Source of the DNA: an uncultured Tissierellaceae bacterium
Lineage (GTDB): Bacteria > Bacillota > Clostridia > Tissierellales > Tissierellaceae
Assembly (NCBI GenBank): GCA_964477045.1
Contig: CAYZDC010000001.1
Location: 1-44,960, forward strand
DNA: 44,960 nucleotides
Direction of reading: 5' to 3'
Shown here in pieces: positions 28,249-37,074 of this stretch (its first letter is position 1; each line of letters starts with the position of its first letter). The notes beneath the pieces are model-generated. The model worked only from the letters and a program-made list of their open reading frames with translations. It had not been told where the DNA came from and ran no database searches. The position numbers were made by a program, and so were the translations under genes.

Positions 28249-28932
28249 TTAATCACCTATTTTAAAGTCCCCATCATATAGTTTGCATTCTAAGGTTATT
28301 ACCATATCTTTATATCGTAACATTAGCCTCAGAAACAAAGTCCTAAGCAAAAGAGAAGTAGATTTTAAGCTTTTCTTAAAACTGGAATATCCAAACTTTA
28401 TTTCTTGGCCTCTGCGAATTTCTCCTACTTCTTCTAAAAATATAAATATAGATCTATATATAAGTACTATTAATTCTATTAATATATTGGGTAACCGAAT
28501 TTTCTTAAAAACTTTTATTAAATTGTTTAGTGGTGTAGTAAAACCTAAGAAAAATGTAGCTGATATGGAAGCTAGGACTCTTGTTGTCAGTAATATTGAT
28601 ACATTGAAGGAACTTTCAGTTATACCCATATAAGTCTGAAATAGTTTAAGACTCCAAATATAAATATCTACTTTTGAAAAGCTAATCAATACGGTTAATA
28701 TGCTAAGGAGTAAAAAAGACATTGGGAGCATGAATATCTTTAAGTAATTTTTAAATGAAATACCTGCAACAATAGTAGTTAGAAAACTCATAACAAAGAA
28801 TATTGCAATATTTATATAATTATTATTTGCAATAGTAGTTAGTCCTAGGCTAAAAGCTACTATTGCAAATTTTATATATGGGTTACTATTTGCTAATTTA
28901 TTTGTATATGCATACCTATCTATTAGAAGCAA
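28249..28932 (-). CDS. cbiQ: Cobalt ECF transporter T component
   Basis: Polytopic membrane protein starting IDRYAY.... The ORF-track start (GTG 28983) would overlap cbiN by 68 nt. TTG at 28932, preceded by GGAGAGAGA, gives a 17-nt overlap and is preferred. Confidence 0.8.
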   Translation of the reverse strand: MLLIDRYAYTNKLANSNPYIKFAIVAFSLGLTTIANNNYINIAIFFVMSFLTTIVAGISFKNYLKIFMLPMSFLLLSILTVLISFSKVDIYIWSLKLFQTYMGITESSFNVSILLTTRVLASISATFFLGFTTPLNNLIKVFKKIRLPNILIELIVLIYRSIFIFLEEVGEIRRGQEIKFGYSSFKKSLKSTSLLLRTLFLRLMLRYKDMVITLECKLYDGDFKIGD

Positions 28933-29206
28933 TTTTACGTCTCTCTCTCCACATGCCAAAGATATATCCAAATACTCCTGCACCTATGGCTACTTGAAGG
29001 GAAAATAAAAGACTTTCTATTTCTCCACTTGGTGGTTCCCAGAATGGTTCTACCCAAGGTTCATAATCAGGATTAATTTCTCCTATTACATCTTCTGCCT
29101 GCCCATCTGCTCCTTCAAATTCAGAGTCGCCCATAAATATTAATGGAACTAACACAATAACTACTACTAATAGTAATAAAACTAAATTAATCTTAGATGT
29201 TTTCAA
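28916..29206 (-). CDS. cbiN: Cobalt transport protein CbiN
   Basis: ~96 aa with two TM segments. EGADGQAE...[22 protein letters not shown]. Confidence 0.9.
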   Translation of the reverse strand: MKTSKINLVLLLLVVVIVLVPLIFMGDSEFEGADGQAEDVIGEINPDYEPWVEPFWEPPSGEIESLLFSLQVAIGAGVFGYIFGMWRERRKIASNR

Positions 29207-29927
29207 TAGTAATCACTCCTTCTCTATTATATTCTACCAACAAGTTGTAAATTATTGCTGTAAGCAGACCTTCTACTATTGCCAAAGGAATTTGAGTTAC
29301 GGCAAATACTGTTAAAAATTTTGCAAGTGAGCCTAATAGCCCTGAAACCGGGTCATGAAATACCAAAGACAATTGAACTGCTGTAACAACATAAGTGGTT
29401 AGATTTCCAACTGCAGCAGCTAAAAACACTATAAAAGCTTTGTTGATTTTAGTTGTCTTTAGCCCAATATAAATACCATAACTTACTATAGGACCTACTA
29501 TAGCCATTGAAAATACATTGGCTCCTAAGGTGGTTAGACCTCCATGTGCAAGCAATATGGCTTGAAAAAGTAATACTATAGTTCCTACTACAGTCATAAT
29601 AGTTGGCCCAAATAAAATAGCTCCAAGACCTACTCCCGTAGGATGAGAACAACTTCCTGTAACTGAGGGTATTTTTAAAGCTGATAATACAAATACAAAT
29701 CCACCTACTAATCCTAATAATACTTTAGCATTAATATCTCCTTTATAAACTTTATTCATTTTATTAATGCCTAAAATTAAAAATGGAAGTGATATTAAGC
29801 CCCATAATATAGCCCACTTAGCTGGAAGAAATCCCTCCATAATATGCATTCCATGGCTAATACTTGGTGTAGAAAGTAATAATAATAAAACTCCTAACAT
29901 TAAACCTTGTTTTTTTCTCATAACCAT
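29193..29927 (-). CDS. cbiM: Cobalt ECF transporter S component CbiM
   Basis: The signal-like leader followed by MHIMEGFLP is the conserved CbiM N-terminus. Confidence 0.92.
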   Translation of the reverse strand: MVMRKKQGLMLGVLLLLLSTPSISHGMHIMEGFLPAKWAILWGLISLPFLILGINKMNKVYKGDINAKVLLGLVGGFVFVLSALKIPSVTGSCSHPTGVGLGAILFGPTIMTVVGTIVLLFQAILLAHGGLTTLGANVFSMAIVGPIVSYGIYIGLKTTKINKAFIVFLAAAVGNLTTYVVTAVQLSLVFHDPVSGLLGSLAKFLTVFAVTQIPLAIVEGLLTAIIYNLLVEYNREGVITIENI

Positions 29928-29934
29928 TCTCCTA

Positions 29935-30978
29935 TTATTTTATTTTTTTAAATATATTAATTAATTTTAAATTATTTTCTCTATTTTTGATGGCTATTCT
30001 TATATGGTTATTGCCTAGTTCTTTAAAGCTAGAACATTTTCTAATTACTATTCCATGCTTTAAGAAATGATTAAATAGGTAATCTTCATCCCACTTTTCC
30101 AGCTTAATTAATATATAATTTGTATGAGTTTCGTATACTTTAATGTTATTTAACTTTCTTAATCTATCCATTAAAAAGTCACGTTGCACTTCTATGTAGT
30201 CTTTGCTTTCATTTATATAATCTTTATCCTTAAAAATAAATTGACCAGCAATATCTGCTAAAGCATTTATACTCCAAGGTAATTCTATTTTAGATATTTC
30301 TTCTACCTTTAAACTAGATGCACAGCCATAGCCCAGCCTAATGCCAGGTAATGCAAAAAACTTTGTGGCAGCTCTTATTATCCCTAAAGACTTATAGTCA
30401 TTTCTTTTAAATATTTCTATAGAATCATAGTCCGGAGGTGCAAATTCGTAAAATGCTTCATCTAGTAATAAATAGGCATTTTTATTTTTTACTAGATTAT
30501 ATATTTGAAGCAAAACATGTTTTTCTATTCTAAGTCCTGTTGGATTATTTGGATTCCCTAGTATTAATAAATCCTCTTCTTGTAAAATTGTATTTAGCTT
30601 ATGTAGATCTATTGAGAAATCATCATTATACTTTAGCTTCACTACTTCTTTTCCATGAGCTATAGCTCTTTTCTCATACTCGGAAAATGCAGGAGTCATG
30701 ACAATAACTCTATTGGCTAGAATAATAAAGTTATTTATAATTTCTACTGCTCCATTACCTACTAATACATTTTTACTATTACACTGTAGGTATTTAGATA
30801 TGGATATTTTAAGTTTTCTATACTGAATATCTGGATATGATTCTAATGATTTAAAACTATTTATTAAAATTTCATCTAACCCCTTAGGAGGTCCTAATGG
30901 ATTAATATTGCTAGAAAAATCTATTAGTTCTCCATCATAATGGTGCTCGTAAGTTAGTAAATCTCCACCATGGTCCAT
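29935..30978 (-). CDS. cobD: L-threonine-O-3-phosphate decarboxylase (PLP, class I/II aminotransferase fold)
   Basis: HGGD...[13 protein letters not shown]-terminus, LGNPNNPTG, and the operon context. Confidence 0.85.
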   Translation of the reverse strand: MDHGGDLLTYEHHYDGELIDFSSNINPLGPPKGLDEILINSFKSLESYPDIQYRKLKISISKYLQCNSKNVLVGNGAVEIINNFIILANRVIVMTPAFSEYEKRAIAHGKEVVKLKYNDDFSIDLHKLNTILQEEDLLILGNPNNPTGLRIEKHVLLQIYNLVKNKNAYLLLDEAFYEFAPPDYDSIEIFKRNDYKSLGIIRAATKFFALPGIRLGYGCASSLKVEEISKIELPWSINALADIAGQFIFKDKDYINESKDYIEVQRDFLMDRLRKLNNIKVYETHTNYILIKLEKWDEDYLFNHFLKHGIVIRKCSSFKELGNNHIRIAIKNRENNLKLINIFKKIK

Positions 30979-30991
30979 GTTCTTTGCCTCC

Positions 30992-31771
30992 TTAAATAAT
31001 TTTATATGGGATAAAATACGGGCATGAATTTACTTCATCCTCATATACATGTGCTTCTATTCTAAATATCTCTTGAAGCAACTGAGGATTCATTATATGT
31101 CTAGGTTGTCCATATTTAAATATTTGTCCTTCATTTAATACATAAATTTTATCCGAATATCTAGCAGCTTGGTTTAAATCATGTAATACCATGACTACAG
31201 TAATTCCAAGAGATTCATTTAACTCTTTTACAAGCTCCAATACTTCTAATTGATAAGATATATCTAAAAATGTAGTTGGTTCATCTAGAATTAAGATCTC
31301 TGGTTTTTGCGCTAAAGCCATGGCAATCCATGCTCTTTGACGTTCACCACCTGAAAGTGTTACTACATTTTGACTTTTAATTTTTTTTAATCCTGTTTTT
31401 TCAATAGCCCAGTCTATAGCTAGATAATCATGTTTCTGTAACCTTTGTCCGAAATTTAAATGTGGATATCTTCCATAAGATACAAGTGTTTCTACACTTA
31501 TATCCCCAGAAATATTTTTAACTTGAGGAAGAATAGCTATTCTTCTTGAGATAACCTTTGTAGGAATTTTATTTATATTCATACCATCTAGTAATATTTC
31601 TCCTGATTTTGCTTTTAAACATCTGGACATTGCTTTTATTAGGGTAGATTTCCCGGATCCATTTGGTCCAATAATAGTCACTATCTCACCATCATATATT
31701 TGTATGTTTGCATTTTTAACTACCACTTTATCTCCATAGGCTATCTGTAAATTTTTAACTCCAATTCCCAT
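30992..31771 (-). CDS. ABC importer ATPase, FecE/FepC/BtuD family
   Basis: GPNGSGKSTL, LSGGERQRAWIAMALAQ, LILDEPTTFLD. Confidence 0.88.
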   Translation of the reverse strand: MGIGVKNLQIAYGDKVVVKNANIQIYDGEIVTIIGPNGSGKSTLIKAMSRCLKAKSGEILLDGMNINKIPTKVISRRIAILPQVKNISGDISVETLVSYGRYPHLNFGQRLQKHDYLAIDWAIEKTGLKKIKSQNVVTLSGGERQRAWIAMALAQKPEILILDEPTTFLDISYQLEVLELVKELNESLGITVVMVLHDLNQAARYSDKIYVLNEGQIFKYGQPRHIMNPQLLQEIFRIEAHVYEDEVNSCPYFIPYKII

Positions 31772-31774
31772 ATA

Positions 31775-32770
31775 TTAAATCTCCTTTCTTCTTAACAGGT
31801 ATAAAAAAAATGGGGCTCCTAAAACTGACATAATTATTCCCACTGGTATTTCCATAGGTGCAAATATTATTCTAGATAATGTATCGCAAATCATGACAAT
31901 AGATGCTCCAAAAAAAATAGTGCCTGGGAAAAGATATTTATAATCAGATCCGATAAATAACCTAGCCATATGGGGAACAATTAAACCTACAAATCCTAAT
32001 AGTCCAACAACAGCAACTGCAGATCCTGCTAGTAGAGATGATATTATTATAAATAGTAATCTAGTTCTTTCAACATTAATTCCAAGTCCTGTAGCAATTT
32101 CATCGCCTAGCATTAATATATTTAATTTGGTAGGTAAAAAGGCTATTAAAATAATACCTATTATTGCATAGGGTAGGATCATCCTTACATCTTTCCATAC
32201 TATGGCAGATAAACCACCTACCATAAAACTTATTACCCCTGATACTCTTTCAGGGAAGAATGTCATAAGTGAGTTACTTCCTGCACTGAAAAGAGAAGAT
32301 ACTGCTACTCCTGCTAAAACTAATCTTGTGGGCAATACTCCCTCTTTCCAAGCTAATGTATAAATAAATAATGTGGCTAGTAAGGCTCCTAAAAATGCTC
32401 CAATTGGAACTAAGTAATAATACTTGGGGAAAATTATAAGTATTATTAGTGCAAAGAAGCCACCTCCTGAAGATACTCCTATAATATTTGGCCCTGCTAG
32501 TGGATTTCTCATAATGCCTTGCAATATAACTCCAGATAGGGACAAACAAATACCTACTAATGCTGCAACTATTGTTCTAGGTAATCTTACATTCCAAATT
32601 ATTTGATAATTCACAGTGTCTTTTTCATAAAGTATGGACCTTATAATACCTAATGGACTTATTTTTACTGCTCCATTTCCCATGCTAATAAAAAAGCTTG
32701 CCATGAAAAGCAATATAAAAATACAAAGAATAATTGTCGGTTTAAGTTTTATTTTTATATTTTCTTCCAT
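31775..32770 (-). CDS. FecCD/BtuC family ABC permease
   Basis: Polytopic, with RLPRTIVAALVG and GLIVPHMARL family motifs. Confidence 0.88.
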   Translation of the reverse strand: MEENIKIKLKPTIILCIFILLFMASFFISMGNGAVKISPLGIIRSILYEKDTVNYQIIWNVRLPRTIVAALVGICLSLSGVILQGIMRNPLAGPNIIGVSSGGGFFALIILIIFPKYYYLVPIGAFLGALLATLFIYTLAWKEGVLPTRLVLAGVAVSSLFSAGSNSLMTFFPERVSGVISFMVGGLSAIVWKDVRMILPYAIIGIILIAFLPTKLNILMLGDEIATGLGINVERTRLLFIIISSLLAGSAVAVVGLLGFVGLIVPHMARLFIGSDYKYLFPGTIFFGASIVMICDTLSRIIFAPMEIPVGIIMSVLGAPFFLYLLRRKEI

Positions 32771-32781
32771 AGCATCTCCTT

Positions 32782-33813
32782 TTATTTGAATTGATCTGGA
32801 TATAATATTTTTGCTACATTCTCATAAGCTTCTGCATAACGATCATTTGCTTTATATGTGTATAAATCTTTTGCTAAAGCTATATATCTATTGTTTTTAA
32901 CAGCTTGAAGTGATGACCAAGCAGGGTTTGATTCAGCATCCATTTCTAATCTTTCTTGAATAGCTTCTAAATCTGACCCCATTGATTGTACGAATATAAA
33001 ATCTGGGTCTTCTTCTAGAATTTTTTCCATACTAAAGTTTTTATCACTTAGCATGTCATTGGATGAATCTGCTATGTTTATTGCATTTAGGTCGAAAAAT
33101 ATTTCCCCTACTGTGGTATCAGAAGTCCTTGCAGATATTGATTTTTTTGTGGCAAATATTATTAGAACTTTGGGATTATCTACTTTCGGAGCTTTATGTA
33201 TAATAGCCTGGGTTTCTTCTTTAACCCTTCCTGCTTCTTGTTGGAATAGTTCTTTTTTATTATTTACAGCCGCAAATACTTTTGCAATTTTAAAATAGTC
33301 TTCTTTAAATTTATAATCCATTACTAGCACTTCTATATTATTTGATTCAAGTGCTGGTATTAATTCCATTTGAGATTTTGTGTTAGCAGACAAAATCACT
33401 AATTCTGGCTCTAGTGCTATTATCTCTTCTAAACTAAAACTTCCTTGTTTCCCTACTGTAGGTATATTCTCAGTTCCAGGCAAATTATATTCTTCTGAAG
33501 CCTCTACCATACCTATTAATTCTCCACCTTGCTTCATCCAAATATCTATAAAAGAAGCAAATAAAACTATTGTTTTTTTAGGTTCTTTTTTAATATGTAC
33601 TTCTTCTCCTCTTCCGTCTATAAAGTTTACTGTGTCTTCATAAATCTTTATTCCATATTCATCTGTTTCACTATTAATAAAGTCTTCCGCAGCTTTTTCT
33701 ACATTTGCTGTAGGTATTCCTTCCTTACCTTCTACATTAGGTGCGCATCCTACTAATGATGATATTGATAATGATAATACTAATATAATTAATAGTATTT
33801 TTGAATTTTTCAT
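32782..33813 (-). CDS. Lipoprotein substrate-binding protein, BtuF/FhuD (PF01497-type) family
   Basis: Lipobox SSLVGC, plus a class III periplasmic-binding-protein layout. Confidence 0.8.
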   Translation of the reverse strand: MKNSKILLIILVLSLSISSLVGCAPNVEGKEGIPTANVEKAAEDFINSETDEYGIKIYEDTVNFIDGRGEEVHIKKEPKKTIVLFASFIDIWMKQGGELIGMVEASEEYNLPGTENIPTVGKQGSFSLEEIIALEPELVILSANTKSQMELIPALESNNIEVLVMDYKFKEDYFKIAKVFAAVNNKKELFQQEAGRVKEETQAIIHKAPKVDNPKVLIIFATKKSISARTSDTTVGEIFFDLNAINIADSSNDMLSDKNFSMEKILEEDPDFIFVQSMGSDLEAIQERLEMDAESNPAWSSLQAVKNNRYIALAKDLYTYKANDRYAEAYENVAKILYPDQFK

Positions 33814-34478
33814 TAATCTTCCTCCTCTTGTTTTCTTCCTAAAATTAAGGATATATAGTCTCGGTCTTTTAATATTATTTCTTTATCTTTTAATATCTGT
33901 TGGTTTTCCATACTTGCTCTTTTTATATATGTATATTCAATATTATTCTCCTCTAATGTTTTTATTAGATTATCTTTATTTTTAAAGGTTTTTAATATGG
34001 CAATTGAATTAATATTTAATAATAAATCTTCATTAAGCTCATCACATAATAAAAAATTATCTCCCTTCACTGTTATGGGAACTTTAGAAGCACTTGCTGC
34101 GGCTACAAAAGATGGAATCCCAGGAATAATGTGTATTTCAATATCTTTTCCTTCTAATTCATCCATAACATATATAAAAGTGCTATATATCATAGGGTCA
34201 CCAATGGTTAAGAAAGTTCCTATTTCTCCGGAAGGTATTTTTCTGAATATAATCTCAGCAGCTTCAATATAATCTTCTTTTGTTACCTTTCCCATGGGGA
34301 AATCGATAAGTACTACTTTTTTATCTCCTATATACTCTTTAGCAGTATCAAGAGCCAAATTTGTTCCCTTATTATTAGGTGCAAATATTACACTAGCAGC
34401 TTTAATAATTCTTGTAGCTTTAATTGTTAATAATTCTGGATCCCCAGGCCCTGTCCCTATTCCATATAATGTTTTCAT
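33813..34478 (-). CDS. cbiL: Cobalt-factor II (precorrin-2) C20-methyltransferase
   Basis: LYGIGTGPGDPELLT, TIGDPMIYS. ATG at 34478 with GGAGAG RBS is preferred. The ORF-track start at 34517 would lie inside the riboswitch terminator. Confidence 0.9.
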   Translation of the reverse strand: MKTLYGIGTGPGDPELLTIKATRIIKAASVIFAPNNKGTNLALDTAKEYIGDKKVVLIDFPMGKVTKEDYIEAAEIIFRKIPSGEIGTFLTIGDPMIYSTFIYVMDELEGKDIEIHIIPGIPSFVAAASASKVPITVKGDNFLLCDELNEDLLLNINSIAILKTFKNKDNLIKTLEENNIEYTYIKRASMENQQILKDKEIILKDRDYISLILGRKQEEED

Positions 34479-34502
34479 AGTCTCTCCTTTCGATTTTAAA
34501 AT

Positions 34503-34534
34503 TAAAAAAATCCCCAACCAAAGGTTGGGGATTT
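34503..34534 (-). terminator. Expression-platform terminator of the cobalamin riboswitch
   Basis: Minus strand: AAATCCCCAACC-UUU-GGUUGGGGAUUU followed by UUUUUUAAU. Confidence 0.8.
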
Positions 34535-34594
34535 ACTTTTGCATATGACAATTAAAAATCACAAAAATAATAAGCCTCTCCTTCCCTCCGAAGG

Positions 34595-34750
34595 TTGATC
34601 ATTCTAACTATTAGGCAGGTCTCCTGACTTATGAATCATCCTACTCTCAACACCTTCCCAGATTTCTCCAGTGGTATAAGTTGATTTCGTCCTCACTTAC
34701 AGTAGCGGGGGCTGTATTGGATTTTAACCAATTTCCCTATTATTCTTTAT
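34595..34750 (-). promoter_or_regulatory. Cobalamin (B12) riboswitch aptamer
   Basis: Minus-strand read: AATAGGGAAATTGGTTAAAATCCAATACAGCCCCCGCTACTGTAA...CCACTGGAGAAATCTGGGAAGG...AGTCAGGAGACCTGCC (B12 box at 34614-34630). Confidence 0.9.
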
Positions 34751-34809
34751 AGAACCTAAAGTTTCTATTTAATTTTCATTTTTAATACTAACACAAATAA
34801 TGCACATAT

Positions 34810-35739
34810 TCAACCTATTAATTTTACTATTAATAAATATAATGTTATAAGTAAAATTTCACTTCTATACATAATTTCAATTGTTGAGTATACATGGTTA
34901 TTATTTAGCTGAAAACCTTTATCACCAATTGTAGGTTTATCTACTAATTTTCCATGATATATACTGCTTCCACCTAATTGAATTTCTAAAAGTCCAGCTA
35001 TTGAAGCTTCTGGATATACAGCATTAGGACTTTTGTGATTTTTTCTATCTCTTATCATAATTTTAAATCCATTTCTCACATTAAATCTAAATACAGAAGA
35101 TAGATTCATTAATACACCTGTTATTCTAGCTGGTATATAGTTAAAAACATCGTCAACCTTTGCTGGAAAATATCCTAAGTCTATATACTTTTCATTCATA
35201 TATCCTAGCATAGAATCCATGGTATTCACAAATTTGTACATAAGTCCTCCAGGGGCTCCCAAAATTATTATAAACAATAAAGGTGCTATAACTCCATCTG
35301 AAGTATTTTCAGCCACAGTTTCTATGGTAGCTTTTATAATTTCAACTTCTGAAAGTTTGCTAGTATCTCGGCCTACTATGTAAGATAATCGCTTTCTGCC
35401 TAATTCTAAGCTTTCTTTAAGGGTCTCCATAACTTTACTTGCTTCAAAATGAAGACATCTGGCTGCTATGCAAGTATATATTAAATAAATATTTACAATA
35501 TGATATAAAGGTTGAATATGCTTAATAGAACTGAGTAATAAATAAGGAATAAAAAAACCTAGAGAAATATTTATTAAAACAATAAATAGTCCCATTAATT
35601 TTAAATTATTACTTTTACTTATTTTTCTAAAAAACTCATCTTCAAAAGCAATAATCTTACCCATTAATTTTATTGGGTGAGGAAAGCTATAAGGATCTCC
35701 TATAATAAAATCTAGTATAGAAGCAATTAATATGCTCAT
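34810..35739 (-). CDS. cbiB: Adenosylcobinamide-phosphate synthase
   Basis: DFIIGDPYSFPHPIKLMGK N-terminus, SPNAVYPEA, and a membrane protein of CbiB length. Confidence 0.9.
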   Translation of the reverse strand: MSILIASILDFIIGDPYSFPHPIKLMGKIIAFEDEFFRKISKSNNLKLMGLFIVLINISLGFFIPYLLLSSIKHIQPLYHIVNIYLIYTCIAARCLHFEASKVMETLKESLELGRKRLSYIVGRDTSKLSEVEIIKATIETVAENTSDGVIAPLLFIIILGAPGGLMYKFVNTMDSMLGYMNEKYIDLGYFPAKVDDVFNYIPARITGVLMNLSSVFRFNVRNGFKIMIRDRKNHKSPNAVYPEASIAGLLEIQLGGSSIYHGKLVDKPTIGDKGFQLNNNHVYSTIEIMYRSEILLITLYLLIVKLIG

Positions 35740-36581
35740 ATATTTTTACCTAATAAAGAATATACTCTTTTTATATCTAAATGTTCCCTAAGTACTTTTG
35801 CCAATTTATTTAATTCTATATCTATTTGTTCTTTTGTTTGCGGTTCTTGGTTACATTGCTTCTTATAGTCTATTAAAGTATCCTCATCCTCCAATTCTAA
35901 ATGTGTAAAAGGTATTGTACCTATAACTGGAATATTTAGTATTTCTTCAATCATTTTTATTCCCGGTTCTAAAAGTGTTTTATCGCCTCTAAATTTATTA
36001 ATTATAAGACCTTTAATTCTTTTTCTTTCATGTTCTTCAAGTAACATTACAGTCCCATAAAGAGAAGCAAAAACTCCACCTCTATCTATATCCGCCACTA
36101 ATAATACTGGGGCATCTGCAATTTCCGCCATTCCCATATTTACTATATCATTTTGTTTTAAGTTTATTTCTGCTGGACTTCCTGCTCCTTCAATTACTAC
36201 TATTTCATTTTCAATCGCTACTCTTCTAAATACTTCTACTATCATAGGTTTTAAAGCTGTTTTGTATTTAAAATAATCTACAGCTTCCATATGCATAAAA
36301 TCTTCTCCATTTAAAACTACCATAGAGCCCATATCGGTTTTAGGTAATAAGAGTATAGGATTCATATCGGGGTGTGGTTCCAAGCCTGCAGCCATTGCTT
36401 GTAAAGCCTGAGCTGTACTTATTTTATAACCTTCTTTAGTAATATAGTATTTTGAGCTCATATTTTGAGATTTAAATGGAAATACCTTATATCCATCTTC
36501 TTTAAAAATTTTACAAAGCCCTGTACAAATAAGACTTTTTCCAGCAGATGAAGTAGTACCTTGAATCATTATATTAGCCAT
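35736..36581 (-). CDS. cobQ: Cobyric acid synthase-like protein, ATPase domain only (GATase domain absent)
   Basis: IMIQGTTSSAGKSLICTGLCKIF..PFKSQNMS..MNPILLLP..GAGSPAEINL..DIVNMGMAE..VADIDRGGVFA..INKFRGD..LEDEDTL then only ~45 aa more. 281 aa versus the ~500 aa I recall for CobQ/CbiP. ATGA overlap with cbiB. Confidence 0.8.
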   Translation of the reverse strand: MANIMIQGTTSSAGKSLICTGLCKIFKEDGYKVFPFKSQNMSSKYYITKEGYKISTAQALQAMAAGLEPHPDMNPILLLPKTDMGSMVVLNGEDFMHMEAVDYFKYKTALKPMIVEVFRRVAIENEIVVIEGAGSPAEINLKQNDIVNMGMAEIADAPVLLVADIDRGGVFASLYGTVMLLEEHERKRIKGLIINKFRGDKTLLEPGIKMIEEILNIPVIGTIPFTHLELEDEDTLIDYKKQCNQEPQTKEQIDIELNKLAKVLREHLDIKRVYSLLGKNI

Positions 36582-36613
36582 GCTATTCTCCTTTCGTTTT
36601 TAATGCTAAAATT

Positions 36614-36642
36614 ATAATACACTAAATTTGATAATTTGACAA
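36614..36642 (-). promoter_or_regulatory. Putative sigma-A promoter for cobQ-cbiB
   Basis: Minus strand: TTGTCA (36642..36637), 17 nt, TATTAT (36619..36614). ~30 nt upstream of the GGAG RBS. Confidence 0.4.
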
Positions 36643-36663
36643 AATTATTATAATTATTCATAA

Positions 36664-36730
36664 ATAGTTATTGACATATGTCAGAAATATAGTATAATTA
36701 AGGTAGTAATGAACATATGTCAATAACTAT
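36664..36730. repeat. 18-bp perfect inverted repeat (31-bp spacer) bracketing the DUF5320 promoter
   Basis: ATAGTTATTGACATATGT (36664-36681) and ACATATGTCAATAACTAT (36713-36730). The left arm contains the 12-bp palindrome TGACATATGTCA (36672-36683). Confidence 0.85.
36671..36698 (+). promoter_or_regulatory. Consensus sigma-A promoter for the DUF5320 gene
   Basis: TTGACA (36671-36676), 16 nt, TATAAT (36693-36698). AAGGAGG RBS at 36731-36737. Confidence 0.55.
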
Positions 36731-36744
36731 AAGGAGGATTAATT

Positions 36745-37017
36745 ATGCCAAGAAGAGATGGAAGTGGACCAATAGGTAATGGTGCAATGCAAGGTAGAGG
36801 ACTAGGACCTTGTGCAGGTATAGAACCAGTAAGATATGGAGCAGGCTATGGTAGAGGTGCTGGATTAGGTTGTAGACGTGGTTTTGGTAGAGCTTATAAT
36901 ATAAATTATGATAACTATGAAAATATGGATATGACTGAAAATGAATTACTTAAAGAAGAAAACCAGTTACTAAAAAGTAGATTAGAAGCTATTGAAGCTA
37001 AATTAGAAAATTTATAA
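36745..37017 (+). CDS. DUF5320 family protein (Gly/Arg-rich N-half, coiled-coil C-half)
   Basis: MPRRDGSGPIGNGAMQGRGLGPCAG...GRGAGLGCRRGFGR...EENQLLKSRLEAIEAKLENL. Confidence 0.8.
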   Translation: MPRRDGSGPIGNGAMQGRGLGPCAGIEPVRYGAGYGRGAGLGCRRGFGRAYNINYDNYENMDMTENELLKEENQLLKSRLEAIEAKLENL

Positions 37018-37040
37018 AATTTAAATGTTATATTATAAAT

Positions 37041-37074
37041 AAGCAACCTAGCCTATAGGTTGCTTATTTTTTTT
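37041..37074 (+). terminator. Rho-independent terminator after the DUF5320 gene
   Basis: AAGCAACCTA-GCCTA-TAGGTTGCTT followed by ATTTTTTTT. It overlaps the last codons of the convergent XDH gene. Confidence 0.8.

Noticed and set aside
28283-28633. 116-aa plus-strand ORF antisense to cbiQ
   Set aside because: Shadow ORF within cbiQ. No independent support.
28916-28983. 68-nt cbiN/cbiQ overlap suggesting a frameshift or pseudogene
   Set aside because: This is an artefact of the longest-ORF (GTG) start. TTG at 28932 with a GGAGAGAGA RBS gives a normal CbiQ N-terminus (IDRYAY...).
33053-34548. Plus-strand ORFs (81, 87, 91 and 84 aa) antisense to the BtuF-like gene and cbiL
   Set aside because: All lie antisense within, or mostly within, recognised genes. 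The last one also runs through the riboswitch terminator.
35736-36581. Short cobQ as a simple truncated pseudogene
   Set aside because: The ORF is intact and keeps a CobQ-like C-terminal tail in frame. It is coupled to cbiB by an ATGA overlap, and there is no leftover non-coding or out-of-frame GATase sequence. It is reported as a finding instead.
36582-36744. Second cobalamin riboswitch upstream of cobQ
   Set aside because: The region is only 163 bp. It has no B12 box (..AGYCMGGAGACCKGCC..) and no GCCACTG-type element, and it is fully accounted for by two divergent promoters plus the inverted repeat.
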